From NCBI GenBank assembly GCA_021432655.1, contig MU271186.1:186001-227530 (forward strand): a stretch of 41,530 bases of DNA, written 5' to 3'. This stretch comes from Atractiella rhizophila. Its lineage: Eukaryota. A program made the translations under genes and the position numbers. Under the pieces are notes generated by a model. The model was not told the origin of the DNA and did not search any database. It worked only from the letters and a program-made list of their open reading frames with translations. Below, one piece after another: positions 12,716 through 24,752 of this stretch; within the stretch, counting starts at the first letter, position 1, and every line of letters starts with the position of its first letter.

Positions 12716-15700
12716 TCACATCTGTCTTCCGACCCTCTTCCCTCGCCCCTTCTTCACCGTGCTCTCGCTCGCCTTCGTCTTTGCTCTGGTCAGAGTCGAA
12801 GTAGAAGACGCACTCCGAACCTGAGGCTGGGATTCGAAAAAGTTGTTGAGGGTACCCTGCACGGCTGGTCGAGCGTTCATCCGTTTCATCAGAGGAAGCA
12901 GGATCTCATCTGATTTCGGTCGTCCCCATCCGAGGTGCTCTGTGAGATAACTGTCCTCGTCATTTCAGTTAGTATACGGGAGGTAAGAAACGGACACGTA
13001 TACGCACCTCCGTATGCCATCTAGATCGGGAAAGCCCCATGTGAAGGATTCGGGGGACGTGTCTGTTGTAGGGTTGAGATAGGCATCCGCCTATCGCAGG
13101 GGATGTAATAAGGAGGTGTAGAAGCGGAAAGGAAAAGGAGAGACGCACGACTTCGGAGTTTGGCCAGTTATCATCAAGGTAGAGGGATTCGCTCTTCAGT
13201 CGCTTCTACTCCGTGTCATCAGGGGAGAACAAGGAAGAAGAGACGACGAACGAAGCGTTTCTTAAACTTTGAGTCTGTATCCTCCTCCGTGTCCCTGCCC
13301 GTCTGCACCTTCGTCCACCATCTCCTAAAGTCCACTACCCCGTGCTCTCCTTCAAATTCCTTCAGAAGCTCCATCCCCATCACCGGCCCTATGCCCTTGA
13401 TCCCTTCCGTATAATCGCTTCCCAAAAAGTAGGCAAGTCGAATCAAAGCTCCCCTATCCAGAGCAAGGTCACGCTCGGCATCGGCGAGGAGGTACATTTC
13501 GACGTATTTCGCCTGGTTGAACATGTTTTTATACACCTTCGAACCTCCGAATAAGAAGACGTCGGAATCATCAGTGATAATTCCATCCACCAATCCGCCC
13601 ATATAAAGTTGAGCGCACTGTGCCTCCGCTTCCATTGGTGCGACGACATATGGCAACCCAAATAATCGCAGCAGCTCCTGAATTTCGGAATTCATCTGCA
13701 GTGTTATCTCGTCCTGGTCTCGACGATCGAGATTCCGTTGGGCTGTGAGCGCAGAAACCTCCGCTTCAGCTTCTGCGCGCATCTCGTCGAGATTTCGACT
13801 CCGTAGTTGCGAGTAGAAGTCTCCCATTGAAGCTTGTTCAGCTGTCAGTTGAGCGGCAGCGGATTCTTCGTCTGGATCAATGTCTGATGGTGGTTGTTCT
13901 TCCTCCTCCTCCTCTTCGACTTGGGCTGGTGGAGCCACAGGCACGTCATCCATCATGACCGAGGAAACTGAGCCCTCACGCTCTGCGATCCCAACGGACT
14001 CCTCCACTACAACAGAAGCAAAATTCTCTTCATCTGGATCTGCGAGGTCTACGATATCTGTCTCCAGCTCTTCCTCGTCAGAGCGGCGCGGCATTGAGCC
14101 CCTCACGACGCTAGATGAAGGGGGTAGTTCTGCAGCGATCTGAGCCAGAAGCGACCAGTCTGGATCAGCATTTACTGTGAATCCAATCGGCTCGACGTCT
14201 ATTTCCTCTTCTTCGGCCGCTTTCTTCAAAGCCTCAAGTTGTGGATGCCCTGCACTGGGAAGCAACGCAGCAATAGCGTCATCGAAAGTCTGCGTTCTGC
14301 TGGCAGATGCAACTGTGGAGGATCCTGATTCTCGTGGCGCCGAGAGAGGTAATGGCGCAGAAGGGGGTTGTGGAAGGAGAGTCGGCTTTGAAGTGGGAGT
14401 TTCCGCCGGAGTAGCTGTTCCCGAGCGCATTTTCTGCCTGCCTAGATTCTGCATCTGCTGCAGGAGCGACTGCGAGCTTGATTTCGCTCCTCCCATGGCA
14501 GAAGGAAGTAGATAAGAAGGAGGACGCGGCGGGAATGTTCCACGTGAGGTAGATGCAACAGGTTCAAGCTTGGACTCCACACGCTCCACGGGTAGAGCAG
14601 TTGTAGTTGGAGCTGGAGTTGACCGTGCGGAAGCAGCTGGGCGAGGAGTTTGAGAACGAGAAGCAAAGATTGCTCGCGTCGCACTGCTTGCGAATGACAT
14701 TCCTAGCTCAGGTGGCATTGTGTCATTATGTGTGGATATCTTGTTTTCTGGTGAAGCTAGGGGTGCTTCTGGAGCTTGACCCTGTTCTTGTTCAAGATGT
14801 TCTAACTCTTTTATCGTCATCGCCATCTCCGTGCTTCCACATTGTGAGTATCGTCAACGGATGGTAGGAAAGTAGCTCACTCATCCTCGTCTGAATCATT
14901 AAGAAAGAGCGATTTGTCGGTTCTTGGGTTGGCGGCATTGGGTTTCGGTGCATTGCTTTGCGGGGGAGGCGCGTATCGCTGACGAATAGCTTCTGCCGTC
15001 CGTGCTTTGCGAGCTGCCTTGTCGGGAGAGCGAGGAGGAATGACTGGACTAAATTTTGCCCTGTCAGTTCCTTGTAAGTTGTCAAAGGGACAGCGCACGC
15101 TTTCTCGACGACTACTTCCTCGAACTCGATCTCGTCGTCCGAGTCAGACCCGTCAGTTGGGTCGTCGTCATCATCAATATGAATGAGTTCCTTGTCTTTC
15201 TTCAATGAAGCCGATTTATCTTGTACGCCCAGGACCCATCCACCGCCTTTTGATGCGTCACTCTTAATGAGCACATATTCCTTATTCTTCTGCGCAGCGA
15301 TTCGGACTGGAATGCTCAGATGCGAGTTCTCAATGTTATCTGTAATATTGAGAATCTGCTGAGTAAGCTCATTCCTCTGTTTCAGGTTGTCAATTTGCGC
15401 TCTTGAAAAGTCTAATGGAGTCGCAGATTGCTTCATGAATTCCACCCGCTTATGATTGACTTGTCTCGATTTTATACGAAGGTCGCCGACAATTTCGTAC
15501 TTCACCTCCACTGGGAGGTTTGCGAATACCTCGGAATCGAGGTCAAAATCCTCTGGACGAAGCTCCTCAATAAAATCGCGAAGTTCCGCTTCTGTGGCGA
15601 GTCGCGGATCGTCTTCATCGACGTTCTGATGCAACGACGTTGATCCAGCATCCGGCTTTGGAAGCTCGTACTCGTCGCGATGAACGTATTTCTTCTTCTT

Positions 15701-16417
15701 GGGCGGAGTGGTGGTCGCGCTTTCGCCTTCTGGCTTCCGTTTCCGTGACGGCCGCACTTCGCCCAAATCGTCGAGATATACATCATCTTCATCGACCCAA
15801 TCTCCTGTTTCAGCTTGGAGTTTCTGCCTGCGCTACGGTATCAGCAAAAACAGGGTTTATGAATGGGATAGGATACAAACCTTTGGACATGCTTAACAGC
15901 AGCCTCTCGAAGTTGAGCAGCAAGAAGCTTTTCTGCCGTCTTCGTGAGGCTCTCAGCGGCACCTCTCTTACGAGATTTTCTACCAGCCTGCATTGAACAA
16001 TCAATTGACTTCACATAGACCGAGGAAAATGCGGACGATTGTCTTTTTCTTCAGTACCGGAGCACCGCCGTCAAACACAAAGACTGGTTTGATGCCATGA
16101 TACAAAAGCTTGCAAATACGCTATGAAAATAGAAACAATGAACGAGGTCAATGCAGATTATGACAATGGGGAACAACGACTAACTCGGAGAAATCCTAAA
16201 ATGTGCGCGTTGGTCAAAGCGCGTCCAGAACTTTTGTCCCTCATCGCGGATTGAAACTGATAGAGCCATATTGAAGAATCGATGGCTAGCTTCTTATTCC
16301 CTAACGTTTCGACGTTTATGGGTCGCGCGACCGGGGAAAGCACTTGCCAGAGCCCTTTTGACGATCCATTTCAGCGTTGCAACTTTTATGAGATTTGGAC
16401 TCACCTTTGACACCCAT
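12716..16417 (-). CDS. RAD2: DNA excision-repair endonuclease Rad2/XPG (ERCC5), multi-exon
   Basis: [42 protein letters not shown]...[40 protein letters not shown]...[16 protein letters not shown]3[24 protein letters not shown] at 16417 with the first intron ending at 16355. Stop TGA at 12718-12716. Confidence 0.95.
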
Positions 16418-16585
16418 TTGTGTCCACAAGCACTCTTACTCGAACCTCTGTGGGTACGATGCAAAGCGAGTCAAAGCGTCAGGTGACTTGGCGTGCTTGT
16501 TTCAGGACGGATTAACGGAACCGTGAGAAAGCCATTCATAAAAACACATTGCTCCATTCCAAGGCAAGTTCGAACGGATACCATT

Positions 16586-18712
16586 ATGGCGGAGGCGGCT
16601 TCAACCTCTGGTAAGTGTCTGCTATGGGCACGTGGGAAATGTGTAGTAATTTCGCGTTGTACGTAGGCGCCCAGAATGGGCAGGGACACCAGAACGGGTC
16701 GACATTGAAGGGGCAAAGCACGTATCATGGCCCGACAGACGCGAACTGGGAGGTCGCAGTTCGTATTTCTCTCGATAATAACGCGCACTGCTGCTCATAA
16801 ATTGTGCTATTCGCTTAGTACATCTATGCTTTCCTCCACAAGTTCACCACTATGACCACTCTTTCAGATGCTCCCAACGATCCCCTCCCCGTCATTGCAA
16901 CGCCGATGGAATTCGAAGCTGCAATCGATGACTTTCGATCCACTCAAGAACCGAATGCCATTCTTGAGACCGTCATGGCGAAATTATGCGACCTTGGCCG
17001 TACTCACAACGATCGACCAGGAGCACCGAAGGAATGGCAGAAGTGGCTGGAGGAATGGGTGGCACGGAAGTTGAAAGAGGAGGAGACGAAGGAAGGAAAG
17101 GGTCCGTACGCGTTGAGTTGGGGAACGAGAAAGGGGAAGGTCTGCGACGCGAATGCCAAGTGGACAAGTCATGGGAATAAGTTGAAGGATGCTGGCAGTT
17201 TTTGGAACCTTAAATGGGACGACTGTGTGAGGATTTTCGTTTTCTCTGCAGGAATCGGGCGGAGGCTGAGTGAACGATAATTTTCTCTCTGTCCGTAGAT
17301 CCATTTGATGCGATTGCTTGTCGATTGGGGACTTTCAATGAACCCAGACATCAAGAATACGATTGCAGAATGCTATAATTTAGGTATGCTCTATGATGTT
17401 TCCACGTATTCATTCTAACCGTGTAAGTTGTAGGTCCACAGAAGGCAACTAGAAGGGATATCACTAGGAATCGACTTGTCGTTGATCGATTGGGGACTGA
17501 CAAGGACCGTAGGGTTTACATACAAGTTGATGGTGCGTGCCCCTCCATGTTGTTTTCAATTATCCGTCACCAGTGGTTGCGAGGCGGTGTTGAATTTAAA
17601 TGCCGCGTAATCCAATTGAACTCTAAAACTGACGCTTCATTTAGATTCGCCACGTGTTTACATGATCCAAAACCCGTACAAGCGCTTTTCAGCGTTCCAT
17701 CCAGTTTCCTCTACTCAGGTTGAATTCGAAAGTTTCATACCAACTCTTACCCATTCCCACGACAAAGAATTGAAGGCCGTTCTCGAATATCGAGTTCGCT
17801 CCCGAATTCAAGAAGGAGAAGCAAAGCGGACAGACCTTGCTGAAAAGCGGGAGAAATTCGAGAGGAAAGAGGAGAAACGGAAGAGAGAGGAGCAGGCGAT
17901 TGCCAATCTTCCAAAACGACAGACACGCCAACGACAGACGAAGGAAGATCCAGCTTACGCGTCACCAGCTGCAGTTGATAATTTCCTTAAAGAGGAAGAG
18001 GCAGCAGCAAAAGGGCGAGGTCGAAAACGGAAGAGGGACGAATCCACGACTGGCCTGTCTGAACTTGACGAAGATTCCTTTATCGATGATCGAGAAATCG
18101 ATGAGCTGGAGGAAGAGAATGAAGAATTCCAAAAGCCAATAAAGAAGAAACGCAGATCCTCGCGCCAGGCCAATGAAATTAAACGGGAAACACGAGCTTC
18201 GAAGGCCTTGCCGGAATGGAAAGGTGAACGGCGGTCGTCGAGGTGAACTCTTTGTTTATTCGTTTGCGCAAGCTGAATTTTTTTATGGAAAGGCTGCATA
18301 AAGCTGAGCAGACTGCTGAAATTCCCATCGAGGATCGAGAGCGAATACCAGAAGCTATGAGGTCCACAAATACAGTATGCTCATCAGTATTCGTTTTATT
18401 TTTTTTCTGATTAGTGAACAACAGGTGTATGAGATTTGGACGAAAGGGAGAAAAGTGAGCTCAATCTCGAACGTCCAAGCCCCAGCAATGTCTTCTATTT
18501 CTTCCCTGGCGGAATCAGGTCCGATCCCTGATGCGCCAGAGAGCGCTCGTGATCGTAGACTGAAGCTGCGGCCCAAGTCCAATGGCCATGCGGACACCAA
18601 TGGACACGGTGACCACGAAAAGTCGTACGAAGTGCCTTCAATCGCGGATCAATCCACACCGAGCAAGACCTCGAGCTTTTCCATGGACTTGGATAACACC
18701 TCGGAAGTCTAA
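16586..18712 (+). CDS. DDT/WHIM-motif chromatin protein (ISWI-complex accessory-like), multi-exon
   Basis: DDT-like NWEVA-YIYAFLHKF, WHIM1-like FWNLKWDDC-IHLMRLLVDW, WHIM2/WSD-like LGTDKDRRVY (GxD motif), then a charged coiled coil and NLS-like KKKRR. ATG at 16586 is followed by a GTAAGT donor. Confidence 0.6.
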
Positions 18713-19300
18713 TCGTCCAACACCGTTGATTTCCACGTTTTGTGTCTTTTTCCACGTCAATCTTCCCTGATTCGAATCTTTTCGCCTTCCATGTACGTCA
18801 TTCCGTTTTACGGGTTTGTTCACCATAATCAGTCGCATTTTCCGTCGAGTCCTCTACTTTGCTCTTTGAATACAGCTTGGATATGAATTTCTGCGAAATT
18901 TTGCAGGCTTCACTTTTTTCCCCTTTCTGCGTTTTGGATGTAGCGCCGCGTTTACATAATGAGTTGTAGCAGCGTTTGTTGAATGTATAGCTTCTTGGTA
19001 TTGGGAACTTGCAGAGGAGAAGATCAATGTCTAATTCACGTTACATATGCATATGAACGAAAGGAAGGTGGATATACAAACATCTCAGGGCGCGAATCAT
19101 GGTAAGCTGAACACTTGGAACGAAGGAACAAAACGCACACAACAAAGCACGCCAGATGCAAGATACTATGTAGAGAGAAAGAGATCGCAGACTCGAAGAA
19201 CAGTGGGAAAACAAGTAGATACCTCTTGGACGAATTACCATAAGGATTAGGGAAATTTGCGTACTGTAGGGGTATCCAGGAAAGAGGGATGATTGTTCGT

Positions 19301-21449
19301 CTATCTCCACCTTGCTAATTGTTTCGCATCCCCTCCAGTCCCACTCCGAGGTCTCACGCTCTGATTAAGAGGTCCTTTCGCCGCCGTCGACTGTTTGAGC
19401 ACTGGCAAGCCGGTTCCAGCAGGACTATTCACACTCTTCCGCCTAGGTGGAGGGATTCGTGACGTTGTGCTGCTGGACAGAGACAGCCCAGAAGAGGTCA
19501 GATCCTCCAATCCGATCGGTGAAGTCGCGCCGCTCAACGAGGATCTCTTGCTGGCCTCGCTCGCCGTGCTGACCATTGAGGTGCGCTTCGAGAGTGTGTT
19601 CGCCGGTGGAATCACGTCCGTCAACTCTGAGGGCGTGGGCGAGCGAGTCGTAGGCGCACCTGGAGTAGTGGGACGAGAGGTGGCGGAGATGGTGGCTGGG
19701 GTGGAGGAGAGACGAGAATGGGAACGACGGGCGAGCTTGCCTCCTGGAGTCGCTGTTGCGGATGGAGCAGCGAAGGACTGGTGAAGAGAAGAACGACGAG
19801 GGTTTGACGAGAGTGATGTCGGTTCTGTGATAGGCGATGATTTCCCGGATAGAGAGGTTGATGCAGTGGCGGTGGATTTAGACGAATCGCTGGCATGTCG
19901 GGAGGTGACGGACTGACGGCCCGCGACAGAGGAGCCGAATATGTCCTTCTTGCTGTTTGTGCGCACCAAGCCTGCCCCTGAAGTCCTTGGGACAGGTATT
20001 CCAGCTCGTGGAAGCGCACGACGGGAGTCTAGACGAGCTGTCATGGTCTTCATCTTTTCCGTCTGTCCTCCCACACTCTGTTCAGCATCCCGATACCGAA
20101 AGGACTAAATCAGGGACAGGAATGGACGAACCATAGTCTTCATCTCCTTCAACACGCTCTCCGCCCTCTGTTCTTTGGCGCTTTTCGGAATACCAGTGAG
20201 ATTCCTCGCTCCAACAGATCTCGGCAGTGCTGTAGAAGCAGTAAGAGACGGTGCGTTCGACATTGTTGCCTTCATGGAGATGGACGGCGAGGGGATCCTT
20301 GACGGGGAAACGGGGAGGCGGGACATATTCGAGGGAATCCTTCTCGTCGGGGACGGGGATGGCGCAATGTTAGGTGGAGGATGGATCTCTTTTGTCCCAG
20401 CAGCGGAGGCAATCCGCTTGCGAGGCGTCGACTCGTCTTTATCGCTGAAGAGATCATCGGAGCTCGCCGAGAGAGTGCTCAATCTGTGAGATTGGGTTGG
20501 GGATCCAATACGGGAAGTGGTGAGTGGACGAGATTTCGGTGCTGTTCCATTGGCGAATGATGTGGGCGAACTCGCACGGATGGTACGTGAGAGCCGGATC
20601 TGAGCTTCTTGTTCTTGTGATACGGTTCGTAGACGCGCAATCTCCTCGTGCAGATTTGACATATCCTTCTTGATTGAGTCGTTCTCCTCCTTGTATCCTC
20701 GGAATATAGCCAGTTCTTCTAATGTATCTCGCAATTCGTCCTTCACGCGCTGAATCTCTTCCTCTAACTGAGCTTTATTGATCAGCTCGTCTTCCAACAA
20801 AGTCGCTCGCTCAATTGCACGATCGTGGCGCTGTTCAAGATCTTGTAAGGTCGTCTCCATGGCCCTGTTTATCGAATCAACCAACCGTACACCGACGTAG
20901 CAAGAAGTAGGCAACAGCAGAGACGTACCTCTCGGATTTCTCCAACTCGTCGTTATCATTCTCCATGTCCCTCAGTCTGTCCTTCAACTGCTGTTGGCTA
21001 GCTCTAAGCGTCTCGACCTCACGCTGCATTTTGGTCATACTGCTCGAATTCTCGCGAACGGCATTTTGATATTTTCCCTACACCACGCAATCACCAGCAC
21101 GGACCATCAATACCATTGCCCTTCGCCTCCCATTGCGGTAGGGAAAGAAAGTGGCGCACCTTCCAATCCTCCACATCCGCCCCCAACCTTTCCACCTTCG
21201 CCTTCAACTCCTTCTCCCTCACCTCAGTGCTCGCCAGCTCCCTCTCCAGCTCATACTCCAGCTCCTTGCTGCTCGACTGAAAGTCCTCTAAGGCGGAACG
21301 AGTATCTTCTAAGGTTGCAGATAGCGATTGGGAGAGAGAACGGTAGTGCGCCAACTCGTCTTCCAGGCTTCCGAACACCCTGAATGCATAACTCATTAAC
21401 CAAATCGTTTTGAGCTTAGAAATAGTGCGTACTGCGTTTCGTCCTCCAT
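19301..21449 (-). CDS. NUDE: Nuclear distribution protein NudE/Nde1 (dynein regulator), multi-exon
   Basis: SLEDELAHYR...LEDFQSSSKELEYELERELA...EDWK-GKYQ, LRDMENDNDELEKSER and LQDLEQRHDRAIERATLLEDEL...QRVKDELRD match the NudE coiled coil. A Ser/Pro/Arg-rich tail follows. ATG at 21449. Confidence 0.9.
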
Positions 21450-21914
21450 CTTGTCGCGTTTGAAAGCTAAAGGTCCCTTAGAAGACACTATGTCGTTGCG
21501 TCGAAGGAGCGTTGATACCCAAACGTCCTAATCCTCGTTATCGTGCCAGTTCGCGCGCACCATAGCAGAAGAACTCACGGGCAGCTATATGCGATTAGTT
21601 TGGTGCGGCTAGGCGTAGATATTGGAGGACTGAAACGTCCTTCGTCGTGTTGTGTGGTTGGTTCTAGTTCCTGACCACGAATCACGTGGGTTCACTCATG
21701 CCTTGATGTTTGAGCATGAGCATGCTGGCCTGTTAGCTATTCAGTTAGCTGTTGACCGATTAACATTCACGGTACCTTATGGCTATGGTTACTTTCAGTG
21801 CATTCACTGTCAATTGAGGGATGCACTTTTGAGCTATGGCTGCTTGTTGCATTGCTTGCCGGGCCTTGTCCTATGCATTACACACTAATTTATACGAAAC
21901 CAATTTTCTTTCAG

Positions 21915-22258
21915 AGATTAGACCTAACTAGACGTATGAATCTGAATATTACATATGAGTTTGTAATATCACGTCTATCGTGAACGAAGGTCACATAGTC
22001 TTTTTAGACAGCGATGAGATGATGATAATGCACAGACATTTCCATTGCTCAAAATACCAGTACTTTCCAGGCGTGCAGTACATGCATGACGGCCCATGTT
22101 GGGTATGGAACGAGTTAAACTTGAAACATCCCTTCTATGTGAACATTGATGATGCCCAAGAGGCTTACTTCCTCAATTTGTCAGTGCATTCCATGCCACG
22201 CTTGTCTCCACTGACAGCGTCTTGTACTGGGTTTGCTAATCTACCCTTGTATTTTCAG
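21915..22258 (+). pseudogene. Possible degenerate exon of an unknown gene
   Basis: TTTCAG acceptor at 21914 and GTCAGT donor at 22180 bracket a protein-like frame IRPN*TYESEYYI*VCNITSIVNEGHIVFLDSDE...DAQEAYFLN with in-frame TAG (21929) and TGA (21956). No family was recognised. Confidence 0.3.
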
Positions 22259-22611
22259 TACAGGTATCACCACTATCGAGCCAAAATACCCTTGCCCGGA
22301 CACTTGCCCACCTTCACCGTTTTTATCTCGCCGATCGAGTCGAATTTGATAGCACTATCGGTTCCTTCGTGCGAGTTTGTTTACGAACGCACACCTTGCT
22401 CGCTCCGTCGTCTCGGAATACAAAGCTTGATCTCCTCCTCGCACCTTGCATTTTCCACCGACCGAAATTTATCCAAGCTGAGCAACATGCTCCTCTAAAG
22501 CATTGTTCGCATCCTGCTACATGATGGGAATATATGGAGATCTGTTTAAAGGGAGGACGAATTGCTCGAGCTTACACCTCGCGATAACAGCAGTCAACCA
22601 AGTTACGGGAA

Positions 22612-24692
22612 ATGAAGGCTCCACACACTCATACCGTCGTTCTCACGCTTCCAGCATGGGGTGAGCTCCTCCGCGCCATCTCCCTGCATGCGCAATAAAC
22701 TGACCGTTGAGTATGCAGGGCATCTCCGTCCACTCTTCACCATCATCTCCACTGTCATCCGTCGTTACCCAGGACACGTCTTCTCCATCGTCATCGAACC
22801 TCACGTGCTCCCCATGGCAAAAGCTGAATTCGAGCAACACGAGAACGACCTCAAGGCTACAGGCGAGGGGGTTTCAATCGCCGACTCTATTCGTTTCGTC
22901 GTTGTTGGAAAGCCCAAAGTGAAAGAAGACTTCTCCGATGCTTTCGTCCTCATCTGCAAAGCTGCAATGTACGAAACCGTCGAACAGCTCTTGCCCGCCC
23001 TACAGGAGGGAAAACCGTTCACAGACGTGCAAGGAACGGTACATTATGCTGAGGAGACGAGTGGGGAGAAGTGGCCCATCCCCACAGTCATTTGGGAGGA
23101 CTTCGCTATTGGTGCCATCTCAACGAGGCTGAGAAGAGAAGGGAAGCATAATATGAAGTGTCTTGACTGGGTTTCTTTCCCGTTTTATGCGTGGTGCAAG
23201 TATGTGTTTCCTTGAAAGAGCAAGACATGGGGGGCTGATGATGTATCATTGAAGTATGACTTTCGGAGCTGAAGACGGAGGGATGGCCCATATCCCGGGT
23301 GAAGCGAAAGCAATCCTTGACGATCCTGAGAGACGAGGACAGCGTTCTCTCGTCGACATAACAGACGAGGTCCGTCCTTTTGACCTTCACCAAGGCCTGA
23401 TCGGTGCTGACTGTTCTATGTTATGCCTGTCATAGCTTATCAGGGAGAATCCACGCTTCAGTGATGGTTTACACAAGTTTCCAGGCTTCCCGATCCGATA
23501 TCAATATGAACAAAACCCTCACCACATGTTTGAAACCCGCAACATCGCAGCCAATTTCGAAGGCATGTTGGAGCTCGATCGCGATAGTGACGGGTTGATT
23601 GTGCATTCTGTTGAGGGATTTGTGAGTGTCACTCCTGTGGGTTGAAAATGCGTGATTTCGGGTGCATAGGAACCGCCAGAACTTCTTCGAGTTGCAAGGG
23701 AAAATTACGGCACCAAGGCCATCTTCCTCGTCGGCGCTCAGCAGTCCACAGCCGTCTGGGATGGCACTTGGATAAAACAGAGTCGAGCATCTCCCCAAGG
23801 CGCTTCCGATTTTGCTTTCCTTGACGAGATGCAGTCGAAGTTTGGCGCACGCTCCGTCGTGATTGTCAGTTTCGGCTCCTTATTCTGGCCGTAAGCAGGC
23901 ATCTGTTCCCTTCGCGTTAGATAACTCATCCTTCGAAGGGTTAAACATCCCGAGCTCGTAGAGGATATCATCCAGACTCTACTCGACTTCGAACCACAAA
24001 TTCCGTTCATCTTTGTATCTGCTTCGCCTAATGCAAACCTCTCGCCAGATTTAGTGAAAAAGGCAGAGGAATCTGGAAGAGCAAGATTCAGCCCATGGGT
24101 GGACCAACAAGCGGTGCTCCAACATTCAGTTCGTACCCAGTCATAAATAGGAACTTGAACTGAAGAGTGATACCCAGGCAGTATCTACTGTCATCTATCA
24201 CGGTGGAATGAACTCGACAATCGAGACTATAATCAATGGCTTACCCACGATCATTCTTCCTTATGGAGCCGATCGTCAGTTTCGCCTATTCTTGCCCATT
24301 TGGTTCTAACCAGAAAGGCAGAACCGATGACTGCTATTCATCTAGAGCAACACCTCAACTGCGCTATTGAGCTGCTTCAATTCCGTACTGACGCTCGCAA
24401 CACGGTTGCGTATCGAAATGGAGGAGTGAAGATTCATGGAACATCTGAAGCTAGGAGATCAGAGCTCAAAGATGCGTTGTACCGGTTAACACAGACCAAA
24501 GAAGGAGAGGAAAAGAGAGAAAACGCGAAGAAAGTTTCCCAGATTTGGAGAGATGCAAGGGTCGAAGGAGGCTCGGCTTGGAAAGAGTTCCAAAAGTTGG
24601 ACAAGTGGATGAGGGGTGTTGAGGAAATTAAAGGATTCAAGCTAAATGGCGTCAACGGGCACTTCAATGGGGTTGATAATTCTAGCAATTGA
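22612..24692 (+). CDS. UDP-glycosyltransferase (GT1 family), copy 1
   Basis: MKAPHTHTVVLTLPAWGHLRPL (catalytic His), VIWEDF (partner Asp), VVIVSFGS, and a PSPG-like box WVDQQAVLQHS-AVSTVIYHGGMNSTIETIINGLPTIILPYGADQ. Seven introns spliced in frame. Confidence 0.92.
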
Positions 24693-24752
24693 AGCGCCAA
24701 TGCTGAATCTGTAGTCTAACATTCACTTTCAGTATCATTGTACCAGAGATAT

